From an uncultured virus (IMG/VR IMGVR_UViG_3300036832_000815) (Duplodnaviria > Heunggongvirae > Uroviricota > Caudoviricetes): a DNA stretch of 20,000 nucleotides. The stretch lies in the IMG/VR virus record IMGVR_UViG_3300036832_000815. One strand, 5' to 3'. The translations under genes were made by a program, and so were the position numbers. This document shows positions 9,202-16,916 of this stretch, in pieces (position 1 is the first letter of the stretch; each line of letters opens with the position of its first letter). The notes below the pieces were generated by a model that did no database searches, had not been told where the DNA came from, and saw only the letters and a list, made by a program, of their open reading frames with translations.

Positions 9202-9786
9202 TTGAGCTATTTGACCTACGCCTTGTTGACCGAGGACGTGAACTTCGGACGACGGTCCCGTGCCTGCATCAACGAGACCGCCAATAGTCTTAATCAAGAC
9301 AGTAATCCTGCCATAGCAGCGTTAGCTACCGATCTGCTGAAGCAAGAAGGATTGCAGACCGTTGTCATGCTCAACTCCATCTGTGCTGGCCCGAACTTCA
9401 GTGAACTCGTTGACAATGGCGATGGCACCATCGACTCCACCAAGATCTCTGACGAGGACATCAAGGCTCATACCCAGGCCATGTTCACCGAGGTGGCGTG
9501 GATCTTCTATCCCGACAAGATGCCGAGTGGAACACCTCTGCCGCCCTCGGTTGATGCCGTGGATCCCACCAGTGGTCCCAACGGCACTCCTATCACGCTC
9601 ACGGGGGTGTCCCTGAGCGGGACCACCAAGGTCGCCCTGGGCGGAACGACCTGCACCGATCTGAACGTGGATAGCGACACCCAGGTGACGGCCGTGACCC
9701 CGTCCGGTCCCAACAAGGGTGCCCGATCCATCGTGGTGACCGTGGACGGCACCGATGTCTCTGGCCCCAGTTTCCAGGTTACTTAG
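9202..9786 (+). CDS. Fibre-associated small protein (possible assembly chaperone) with C-terminal IPT/TIG Ig-like domain
   Basis: AGGAGG at 9192-9197 precedes the TTG start. PSVDAVDPTSGPNGTPITLTG...VDSDTQVTAVTP is a typical IPT/TIG pattern (9541-9783). The N-terminal half is paralogous to 9819..10154. Confidence 0.7.
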   Translation: MSYLTYALLTEDVNFGRRSRACINETANSLNQDSNPAIAALATDLLKQEGLQTVVMLNSICAGPNFSELVDNGDGTIDSTKISDEDIKAHTQAMFTEVAWIFYPDKMPSGTPLPPSVDAVDPTSGPNGTPITLTGVSLSGTTKVALGGTTCTDLNVDSDTQVTAVTPSGPNKGARSIVVTVDGTDVSGPSFQVT

Positions 9787-9818
9787 ACTCCATCGATCCC
9801 AATCACCTCGGAGGTGTT

Positions 9819-10154
9819 ATGAGCTACAGCGCCGTCAGTTTGCTGAACCAAGATCCCGCCTACGCCGGACGGGTCCGGTCCTGTGTCACCGAGCAGGCCG
9901 CCTCGTTGACCGGGGACGCCAATCTGGCCACGGCGGCCTGCGCCAACGCCGGGCTGCGCGGTGACCCGGTCATCATGGACACCTTCGTGCGGACCACCTC
10001 CAGCGCCCCTGGCCTGGGTGACAAGGCCGACAAGGGTGATGGCACCGTCGATCAGACCCTGATCGCGGACGGCGACATCCTGGCCGCCATCCAGGCCAAC
10101 TTCCCCAGAGTGGCGGCGCTGTTCTTCAACGACGAAGGAGTGAGGATCGCATGA
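9819..10154 (+). CDS. Fibre-associated small protein, paralogue of the N-terminal domain of 9202..9786
   Basis: GGAGG RBS. Shared pattern MSY..LL..D....R.R.C..E.A.SL ... DxGDGTxDxT.I.D.DI.A..QA.F..VA..F. Confidence 0.7.
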   Translation: MSYSAVSLLNQDPAYAGRVRSCVTEQAASLTGDANLATAACANAGLRGDPVIMDTFVRTTSSAPGLGDKADKGDGTVDQTLIADGDILAAIQANFPRVAALFFNDEGVRIA

Positions 10155-10378
10155 GCCCAGGGAAGAAGGAATCCAGCACCCGCATGCGCCTGGTGGGCTG
10201 GAACGTCCAGCCCGTCCTCATGGCCGACGACGGTGACAACCTGACCCCGGTCCAGGTGGGGGCCACCATGATCTCGGCCGCCAACTGGGACGAGTTCAAG
10301 GAGGGCGGCGACAAGCTGGCCCTGGAAGACCTGCGGACTCAGATCGAGAACGGAAAGGCCGAGCCCAGCAGCCCCTGA
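10151..10378 (+). CDS. Hypothetical protein (75 aa)
   Basis: ATGA overlap, AAGGAG/GAGG upstream, GC3-rich codon usage. Confidence 0.65.
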   Translation: MSPGKKESSTRMRLVGWNVQPVLMADDGDNLTPVQVGATMISAANWDEFKEGGDKLALEDLRTQIENGKAEPSSP

Positions 10379-10387
10379 GGTGATTTG

Positions 10388-11890
10388 GTGATCCTGGCTG
10401 CCACCTCGACTCTGACGGCCACCGTCACCGTTACCGGGCTGTCAGTCACTCCGCTCGCTGCGCCGGTAAGCCCGATGGCGGGTGTGTTAGGCGCGCCGGT
10501 CGGGAACTTTGTACTGAGCAAGCCGCTGGTGGCCGGGGCAGCCGGTGCCGTCGGCATGTCGGCCAGCACCGGCATGGTGATCCAGGGACAGGTCACCCAG
10601 GTGGCCCAGGTGGCTCTATCGGGCTCTTCCGGGATGACCCTGGCTGGGACGGTGGCCCGTCAGGCTTCGATCGCTCTGTTCGCCACGGCCGGGATGACGG
10701 TGGCCGGAGCCGTCACCCAGGCCGCCTCAGTGGCCCTGTCGGGGACCGCCAGCCTGACCCCCACCGGTATTCGTATCGTGCCTGCCACGGTGCCCCTGAG
10801 CGCCTCTGGGGGGCTCACCGTGGCCGCCACCCAGATGGTCATCGCCACCGTGGCGGAGTCGGCCACCGCCAGCCTGACGGTGACTGGGATTCTCGCCCAG
10901 CAGGCCGCCATAGCCCTGACCGGGAATACCACCCTGACCGTCGCCGCCACCGTCAGCGAGTTCGCGGCCCTGGCCTTGTCGGGGACGGGATCCTTATCGA
11001 TCGCCGCCTCTTTGACGGTCTTGGGGTCGGTGCCCATGGCGGCGCTGACCTCCCTGACGACTAGCGGAGTGTCCGTACCGGGCACGGCCGTCTTCATGGG
11101 GGCCACCACCACCCTGACCATGACGGTGATGGTCACCGAGATCGCCGCCATAGCCCTGACCGGCAGCATCAGCCTGACCATCGCCGGGGTGGTGATCCGC
11201 TCCGCCGGGGTGATCATGAGCGCCACCGCCGGGTCCACCATTGCCGCCCTGGTGACCGAGTGGGCGGCCGTCGTCATGACCGCCAGCGCCAGCCTGACAG
11301 CCGTGGCCCTGGTCAAGGAGTTGGCCAGCGTTTCCATGGCCGCTCTGGCCAGCCTGACGGTGGCAGGCGGGATCACCGTGAACGCCGTCATAGCCATGGC
11401 CGCCCTGACCACTCTGAGCGCCGCGGCCTCGATCATCGAGCTTGCCACCGTGGCCCTGACCGGCTCCGCTTCCCTGACCGGGGCGGCCTCGGTCAAGGAG
11501 TTCGGGGTGGTGGCCCTGTCGGCCAGCGCCACCCTGCTGCCGGTGGGCCTGGTCATCGAGGTCGCCGCTGTGGCCCTGTCGGCCACTGGTTATCTCACCG
11601 CCAGCAGCCTGGTCATCGAAGTGGCCGCGGTGGCCATATCGGCCACTTCTGTCCTCACTATCACCGGTATAACCACCGAAGTTGCCGCTCTTGCTTTTCT
11701 GAGTGCTACCGCCGTTCTTTTCAGCGGTTATGTCGTTGAGGTAGCCTCGGTCGATCTGAGCGCCAAAGCCGGAATGATCGTCCATGCGGGCGTCTATCCG
11801 GCTAGATTTGTATTCAGAGATCTGATTCGAGCCCACGCCGAGCTTTATCCCTATCCGGCGGTCGGTACCACGCTGGAGACCTCAGGCTAG
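10388..11890 (+). CDS. A/T/V/S-rich protein of ~21 repeats with exact 20-aa period; putative fibre scaffold/ruler
   Basis: GAGGTGA at 10377-10383 favours GTG 10388 (TTG 10385 is possible). Consensus VxEvAxVALSATASLTVxGx runs without register slips over about 10532-11791. Confidence 0.75.
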   Translation: MILAATSTLTATVTVTGLSVTPLAAPVSPMAGVLGAPVGNFVLSKPLVAGAAGAVGMSASTGMVIQGQVTQVAQVALSGSSGMTLAGTVARQASIALFATAGMTVAGAVTQAASVALSGTASLTPTGIRIVPATVPLSASGGLTVAATQMVIATVAESATASLTVTGILAQQAAIALTGNTTLTVAATVSEFAALALSGTGSLSIAASLTVLGSVPMAALTSLTTSGVSVPGTAVFMGATTTLTMTVMVTEIAAIALTGSISLTIAGVVIRSAGVIMSATAGSTIAALVTEWAAVVMTASASLTAVALVKELASVSMAALASLTVAGGITVNAVIAMAALTTLSAAASIIELATVALTGSASLTGAASVKEFGVVALSASATLLPVGLVIEVAAVALSATGYLTASSLVIEVAAVAISATSVLTITGITTEVAALAFLSATAVLFSGYVVEVASVDLSAKAGMIVHAGVYPARFVFRDLIRAHAELYPYPAVGTTLETSG

Positions 11891-11900
11891 GAGAACCCCC

Positions 11901-12836
11901 ATGACCGCCCTGCCCAATCCGGCTCCCGGCAATCCTCCGGCCAACCTGGAGGACTACGTCTACGTCACCCAGCAGGGCAACGACCAGGTGGGCATCATCA
12001 TCAACGTGGGCGGGGTGCCCACCGACCCGGATGGTCAGGTGGTGCTGGTGGCCATGACCCCTGATCAGATCGGATCCAACCCGGTGTTCACCGGCCGCGA
12101 CGCCGTGCGTGAGTACACCGGGGCCTACAGCTACACCTTCCTGTCCGCCGACACCGCCGTCTCCGGTCACTACCACCTGGCCTGGACCTACCAGCTATCC
12201 GGCGTCCCCGACACCTTCCTGACCCCCATCGAGGTCGGTCCCTACAGCCCGGCCTACTTGGCCTTGCCCGCCGATATGCGGGCCATCATCGAACTGGTTT
12301 GGGCCAGGTTCGCGGACGGCTACGACTACGCCTTCGGTGGCCCGCACCTGCAGAGCTACTTCCAGAGCCACTTCGGCCGGGGCCGCATGGCCCAGTTGCT
12401 GCAGATCGTCATCATGACCGTCAACACCTCCATGCAGCCGGTCAGCAGCTACTCCCTGACCGGACCCTCCAGCGATCCCAACGTCCCCCCGATGGGGCCA
12501 GCGTTTCCGGTCCAGCAGTGGAGTGGCCTGCTGATCAGCGGGCTGACCATCGAGGTGTTCAAGCACCTGATGCGCTCCTACGTGGAGGAGCCCATGGCCG
12601 AGAACGTCACCGCGGCGCGTATGACCCGGCGGGATTACCTGGAGCGCTGGGGCGAACTTCTGGCCGTCGAACAGCAGACCTACCAGCAGATGTTCGAGGT
12701 GTTCAAGATCCGCCAGATGTTCGCGGGCCTGCAGCCCAGGGTGATGGTCTCGGGCGGGGTGTTCGGCAACTTTGGTCCCACCCGGCTGGCAGGCAATGCC
12801 GCGGCCCGGCCCCGCTATTGGACAAGGTGGTACTAA
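11901..12836 (+). CDS. Putative head-to-tail adaptor with N-terminal Ig-like domain
   Basis: AGGAG RBS. The N-terminal part is beta-rich (TGAYSYTF...GHYHLAWTY). The helical C-terminal part (VWARFADGYD..GGPHLQSYFQSHFGRGRMAQLL...RRDYLERW) recalls actinomyovirus neck proteins. It lies upstream of the sheath. Confidence 0.6.
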   Translation: MTALPNPAPGNPPANLEDYVYVTQQGNDQVGIIINVGGVPTDPDGQVVLVAMTPDQIGSNPVFTGRDAVREYTGAYSYTFLSADTAVSGHYHLAWTYQLSGVPDTFLTPIEVGPYSPAYLALPADMRAIIELVWARFADGYDYAFGGPHLQSYFQSHFGRGRMAQLLQIVIMTVNTSMQPVSSYSLTGPSSDPNVPPMGPAFPVQQWSGLLISGLTIEVFKHLMRSYVEEPMAENVTAARMTRRDYLERWGELLAVEQQTYQQMFEVFKIRQMFAGLQPRVMVSGGVFGNFGPTRLAGNAAARPRYWTRWY

Positions 12837-12840
12837 GCCC

Positions 12841-13038
12841 ATGCAATACCTCAACACAAGTGCCAATGACTATGCCGTGAACTACACCGTGTCAACGGCC
12901 AATATCAGCCAGGTGTCCTGGAAGCTCTACGAGCCGCCCAGCGACCCCTCAGAGCCGCCCTGTGGCGTCCGGGAGCCCCGCAGGCCCCTGCTACCCACCG
13001 GCTCGGCCAGCCAGGCCCTGGCGCTGCCTGAGGGCTGA
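12841..13038 (+). CDS. Small hypothetical protein (65 aa) with GVREPRRP motif
   Basis: ATG 4 nt after the upstream stop, in frame with ORF 12772..13038. It fills the gap between genes but has no clear RBS. Confidence 0.45.
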   Translation: MQYLNTSANDYAVNYTVSTANISQVSWKLYEPPSDPSEPPCGVREPRRPLLPTGSASQALALPEG

Positions 13039-13060
13039 TCAGAGCGACGAAGGGGTGAGA
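13037..13060 (+). promoter_or_regulatory. Repeated 24-bp motif, copy 1 (GATCAGAGCGACGAAGGGGTGAGA); candidate late promoter/operator
   Basis: Identical to 18375-18398 at 22 of 24 nt; lies directly before ATG 13060. Confidence 0.5.
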
Positions 13061-13317
13061 TGCCCGACAGCAGTGACACCAGCACCTCCAGGCAGGAGAC
13101 GCGCCTGGCCAAATGGTCCGAGGAGCAGACCCAGGCCGCCGCGGCTCATCACGGGGTAGCCCCCGAGGACCTAACCCACGAACACTTCGCGGCCCTGGAC
13201 TGGGCACCGGCCGAGGAGATCCGGGTCGATCACATCAGTGGCCGGGTGGTCCACCTCGACAGCCACGGCAATCGGCGGGTCATGACCATCGAGGAATGGA
13301 ACCGGGAGGAACACTAG
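13060..13317 (+). CDS. Hypothetical 85-aa protein; possibly the separated N-terminal part of the next gene
   Basis: AAGGGG upstream, GC3-rich codons, stop 2 nt before GTG 13320. Confidence 0.6.
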   Translation: MPDSSDTSTSRQETRLAKWSEEQTQAAAAHHGVAPEDLTHEHFAALDWAPAEEIRVDHISGRVVHLDSHGNRRVMTIEEWNREEH

Positions 13318-13319
13318 AG

Positions 13320-13709
13320 GTGGAGACCAACGTCGGTATCGGCATCATGGAGCAGCTTCTGACCGGCACCGCTCAGCCCACTCCCTTCGACGGTGGTCAT
13401 GCCCGCATCGGGGTGGGGGACGGCAACGGCTCGGTGCCCACCGTCCACGCCACCGACACCGCCCTGGTGGCCACCACCAACAAAGCCTTCGTGGGCATGA
13501 ACTCCGGGTTCCCCCAGCAGTCCGGCCAGGTCATGACCTGGCAGGCCACCTTCCCGGCCGGGGTGGGCACCTTCTTCTGGCGGGAGTGGTGCATCGACAA
13601 CGGCAACGGGGGTGGGCCGGGGCAGCTTTTCAACCACGTCGGGATCTCGATGGGCAACAAGACGGCCGGGACCACCTGGACCTTCCAAGTTTCGGTGACG
13701 CAGTCCTGA
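13320..13709 (+). CDS. Small beta-sandwich virion protein (tail-collar/fibre subunit-like), 129 aa
   Basis: Start reassigned from 13113 to GTG 13320 (GGAGG at 13305-13309). Motifs TNVGI...RIGVGDG...TDTAL...WQATFP...WREW..DNG...FNH...K...TWTFQVSVT. Confidence 0.65.
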   Translation: METNVGIGIMEQLLTGTAQPTPFDGGHARIGVGDGNGSVPTVHATDTALVATTNKAFVGMNSGFPQQSGQVMTWQATFPAGVGTFFWREWCIDNGNGGGPGQLFNHVGISMGNKTAGTTWTFQVSVTQS

Positions 13710-14152
13710 TGCCCTTCACCAACTACCTCGATCAGAAGCTGGCCGGGCTGTTCCTGGGCAACACCGCCTACGTCATCCCCGCCAACCTGTACCTGGGCCT
13801 GTCCTCCACGGCTCCCACTCAGACCCAGGTGGGCTCCCCGGTCTGGAACTTCACCGAGCCCGCCGGTAACGCCTACGCACGGGTGACGGTGCCCAACAAC
13901 TCTACCAACTTCGGGCCGATCGGCACCGAGCCCCCGGCCGGGTACACCATCCAGAACAAGCTGGTCATCACCTTCCTGCAAGCCAGCGGACCCTGGCTGG
14001 CGGGAGCCCCGCTGTCCTACTTCGGGCTCTTCGACGCCCTCACCGCAGGCAACCTGTGCCTGTACGGGACCTGCTCCCCGGCCCAGACGGTGGGCTCCGG
14101 GAACATCACGCTTTCATTCGCCGCTGGCGCGCTGAACATCACGCTGAACTAA
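13709..14152 (+). CDS. Small beta-sandwich fibre 'bead' protein (gp80-like), 147 aa
   Basis: Start reassigned to ATG 13709 (TGATG overlap). Motif FTNYL...LYLGLSSTAP...EP.GNAYARV...N...ITF..A...W....YFGLFDALTAGNL..YG...FAAGAL.I. Confidence 0.7.
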   Translation: MPFTNYLDQKLAGLFLGNTAYVIPANLYLGLSSTAPTQTQVGSPVWNFTEPAGNAYARVTVPNNSTNFGPIGTEPPAGYTIQNKLVITFLQASGPWLAGAPLSYFGLFDALTAGNLCLYGTCSPAQTVGSGNITLSFAAGALNITLN

Positions 14153-14162
14153 GGAGCAAACA

Positions 14163-14561
14163 ATGCCCGTAGGAGTCGCCACTCCGACCGCCAACAGCAT
14201 TCTGGCATTGATGCTCAACGGTACCGCTTATGCCGGGAACACCACCCTATACGCCCAGTTGCACATCGGTCAACCAGGACCGGCGGGCACGGCCAATGTA
14301 GCGGGCGAGAACCTGCGGGTTACGTGCGGGACTGCACCGGAGTTCAGCGCTCCTGCCAACGGGGCCTGCACCAACAACAATCCCATTACCTGGTCAGCCG
14401 TTACCACCAACGAGACCTACGCCTTTGTCACGCTGTGGACGGCGCTTACGGGCGGGACCTTTATAGCGTCAGGATCCATCTCTGCCCAGCCGGTAGTAGT
14501 CGGCAACAACTTCTCCATCCCGGCCGGAGGCTTGTCTGTTTCGCTGCCTGTAGCGAGTTAG
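14163..14561 (+). CDS. Second small beta-sandwich fibre 'bead' protein (gp80-like paralogue), 132 aa
   Basis: AAGGAG RBS. LYAQLHIGQPG..GTAN...R...N...ITW...LWTALTGGTF..SG...IPAGGLSV aligns by eye with 13709..14152. Confidence 0.7.
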   Translation: MPVGVATPTANSILALMLNGTAYAGNTTLYAQLHIGQPGPAGTANVAGENLRVTCGTAPEFSAPANGACTNNNPITWSAVTTNETYAFVTLWTALTGGTFIASGSISAQPVVVGNNFSIPAGGLSVSLPVAS

Positions 14562-14564
14562 CCT

Positions 14565-16916
14565 ATGGCGACTTACCGCCTGTTCCCTTCTACCAACGGA
14601 CCAGCTACCGCCACCGCTCGCTCCGGGAACTTCATCTCCGGGGTGACCTGGACCGTCACTCAGGGCGGCATGTGGTTCACGGGCTATTACTGGTGGGTGT
14701 GTGGCTCGGGTCAGACCGTCACCCCGGTCAAGTGCGCCCTGTGGTCCCTGCTGGGCGGCACCAGCGGGCTGGTCATCCCTGGCAGCGTGGTCACCTCCGG
14801 CTCCCTGACCGCCAACGCTTGGAACTACATTCCCCTCCCTAATCCCATCCAGATCGCCATCGGTGACACCCTGGTGGCGGCGATTGGCGTCAACGGGGCC
14901 TACCCCGACACCCCCAACTCCTTCGGGGCCGGGCAGACCTACGCCAACGGCATCACCCAGGGGCCACTGCGAGCCTTCTCCGCCCCCAGCGGCAACTACC
15001 CCAGTAGCTGGGGCAACCCCCAAGGCTGCATGTCCACGGCCGGTAACGACCCTTCCACCACCATCCCGCTGACGGCCCAAGGCACCGACAACCTGTGGGT
15101 CGGGGTCCAGGTCTCCGACACCGCCGCCCCCACCTACACCGGCACCTGGCGGCTGTGGCCCCACATGGCCTCGGCCACCACCTATACCCAGCCCAACACC
15201 ACCGATAATCTCACCGTCGGCACCGAGATCGATATCACCGCCCGAGCCACCGTCAACAACATCTGGTTCTACAGCCCGGCGGGCACGGCCCAGCTTCCCA
15301 CCGAGGTGTCCATCTGGACCATGACCCAGGGCGGTCTGAACGGCACCGCCGTGGTGGACGTGGTCAACCCCACCTGGTCGGGCGCGGCCGGGAGCGGCTG
15401 GATCTCCACTCCCATCCCCGGCAACGTGGTCCTGCCCATCGGCAAGTACCGGGTGTCGGTCTACAACGACACCATCACCCCGGATCAGTGGTCCGCCTTC
15501 TACACCGGCTACTGGGGGATCCCGGCCGGTCAGACCTACCCGGCTCCGGGCCAGAGCGGCATCGTGGCCGGTCCTATGACCGCCCCGGCCACGGCCAACG
15601 CCCAGACCGCCTTCAGCTACAACGGGGCCGGGGCCACCGAGCCCGGCCAGTCGCTGTTCGCCTACGGGCCGCCCAACTCCTTCCCGAACTTCTACATCGG
15701 GGTCAACTCCCCCGGCGGGGCGCTCTTCCAGAACTACTGGGTGGACCTGGAAGTCACCACCGTCATCGTCACCGTCACCGGCACCGCCTCCGTTGCCATA
15801 GCCCCGTTAAACGTCAGGGCAAACGGCATCGTTTCGGTGAGGGGAACGGCCAGCATTGTGGTCGGTCCCGTCAACATTGTGGCCACCGTTACCACCGTCA
15901 TAGGCACGGCCAGTGTCGTCGTTGGCGGTGTGAACGTCGCTGCGAACGGGCGTACCACGGTCCTGGGAACGGGTCGTATAGCGCTGGGCGCGCTGGACCT
16001 GGAGGCTACCGGGCACACCATCGTGGTGGGCCACGCCACCATCGTGGTCGGGCCGATACTGGTGGTGGCAGCCCGCGTCAACAAGGTCTTCACCCGAGGC
16101 GAGTCGGTCAGCCAGTCCGCGGTGACCGGCACGCTGCACAAGGCCGTTCTGGTCTCCAGCACCGGCCCGGTCACGGCCCTGTCCTCGGCCAGCGCGGCGC
16201 TGACCTCGACCCTGTACATCCCGCCCGGCACCGATGTCGGCACCTCGACCGAGACCCAGTCCATCCCCGACATCCGGGCCGCTCTGCTCGACCATTTCCT
16301 GGACACCTACGTGGTGCCCGATGTCAAGTCCTGGGAACTGGAGAACGAGCGCTTCCGCCATGACCAGGCCCTGTACCGCTACGGCGAGTACGCCATCTTC
16401 GTGTCCATGTGGACCATGCAGGACTTCACGGCCGGGCTGGTGAGCCGCTGCTCGACCTGCTTCGCCCCCCAGGGCGCGATCGAGGACACCTGGCAGCAAC
16501 CGGCCTACTTCAAGTGCCCGAACTGCCTGGGCACCAGCTTCGAGGGCGGCTACAAGGCCGTCCTGGTGCGGCCGTCGTTGTGGTCCTGGAATGAGCCGGT
16601 CCTACAGCAGGTGGCCCGCGGCGTCATCAACACCGACGTGGCCACGGTCCAGACCACCAGCGACTTCCGGCTGGAGCCCAAGGACTACATCATCCGGGGC
16701 GACGGGTCGCGCTGGCAGGCCCAGGAGGTCTCGGGTGACCATCTCGACACCGGCTTCGGGACCCAGTCCGGCATCTGGAACGCCACCGCCTTCATCTACA
16801 ACAACGTCACCCGAGAGGACGAGTCCTCCCCCATTTACCTGCTGCCTATCACCGAGGATTACATCCAGAAGCACATCCCGCAGTACTACTCCCGTCAGCC
16901 CGTAGGAGACTTCTGA
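14565..16916 (+). CDS. Fusion protein: 2x DUF4082-like domain, 20-23-aa beta-repeat stalk, CxxC/CxxC neck (head-closure/stopper-like) domain
   Basis: Two Trp/Tyr-rich beta domains, the second ending NYWVDLEV (about 15755). GTASxxVGxxNVxAxG repeats at about 15770-16200. C-terminal ERFRHDQALYRYGEY...RCSTC (16449-16460)...KCPNCLGTSFEGGY (16515-16526). Confidence 0.7.
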   Translation: MATYRLFPSTNGPATATARSGNFISGVTWTVTQGGMWFTGYYWWVCGSGQTVTPVKCALWSLLGGTSGLVIPGSVVTSGSLTANAWNYIPLPNPIQIAIGDTLVAAIGVNGAYPDTPNSFGAGQTYANGITQGPLRAFSAPSGNYPSSWGNPQGCMSTAGNDPSTTIPLTAQGTDNLWVGVQVSDTAAPTYTGTWRLWPHMASATTYTQPNTTDNLTVGTEIDITARATVNNIWFYSPAGTAQLPTEVSIWTMTQGGLNGTAVVDVVNPTWSGAAGSGWISTPIPGNVVLPIGKYRVSVYNDTITPDQWSAFYTGYWGIPAGQTYPAPGQSGIVAGPMTAPATANAQTAFSYNGAGATEPGQSLFAYGPPNSFPNFYIGVNSPGGALFQNYWVDLEVTTVIVTVTGTASVAIAPLNVRANGIVSVRGTASIVVGPVNIVATVTTVIGTASVVVGGVNVAANGRTTVLGTGRIALGALDLEATGHTIVVGHATIVVGPILVVAARVNKVFTRGESVSQSAVTGTLHKAVLVSSTGPVTALSSASAALTSTLYIPPGTDVGTSTETQSIPDIRAALLDHFLDTYVVPDVKSWELENERFRHDQALYRYGEYAIFVSMWTMQDFTAGLVSRCSTCFAPQGAIEDTWQQPAYFKCPNCLGTSFEGGYKAVLVRPSLWSWNEPVLQQVARGVINTDVATVQTTSDFRLEPKDYIIRGDGSRWQAQEVSGDHLDTGFGTQSGIWNATAFIYNNVTREDESSPIYLLPITEDYIQKHIPQYYSRQPVGDF

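Noticed and set aside
10388..11890. Tail tape measure or multi-pass membrane protein
   Set aside because: It lies upstream of the sheath and tube rather than after the chaperones. The alternating small/beta-branched pattern suggests beta-strands, not the helical aromatic-spaced tape-measure repeat or loops between TM helices.
237..13708. ORF-track starts at 237, 6862, 12772, 13113 and 13586
   Set aside because: The first frame is open from the window start. The others have better starts (stop-start coupling, adjacency or RBS) at 6895, 12841, 13320 and 13709.
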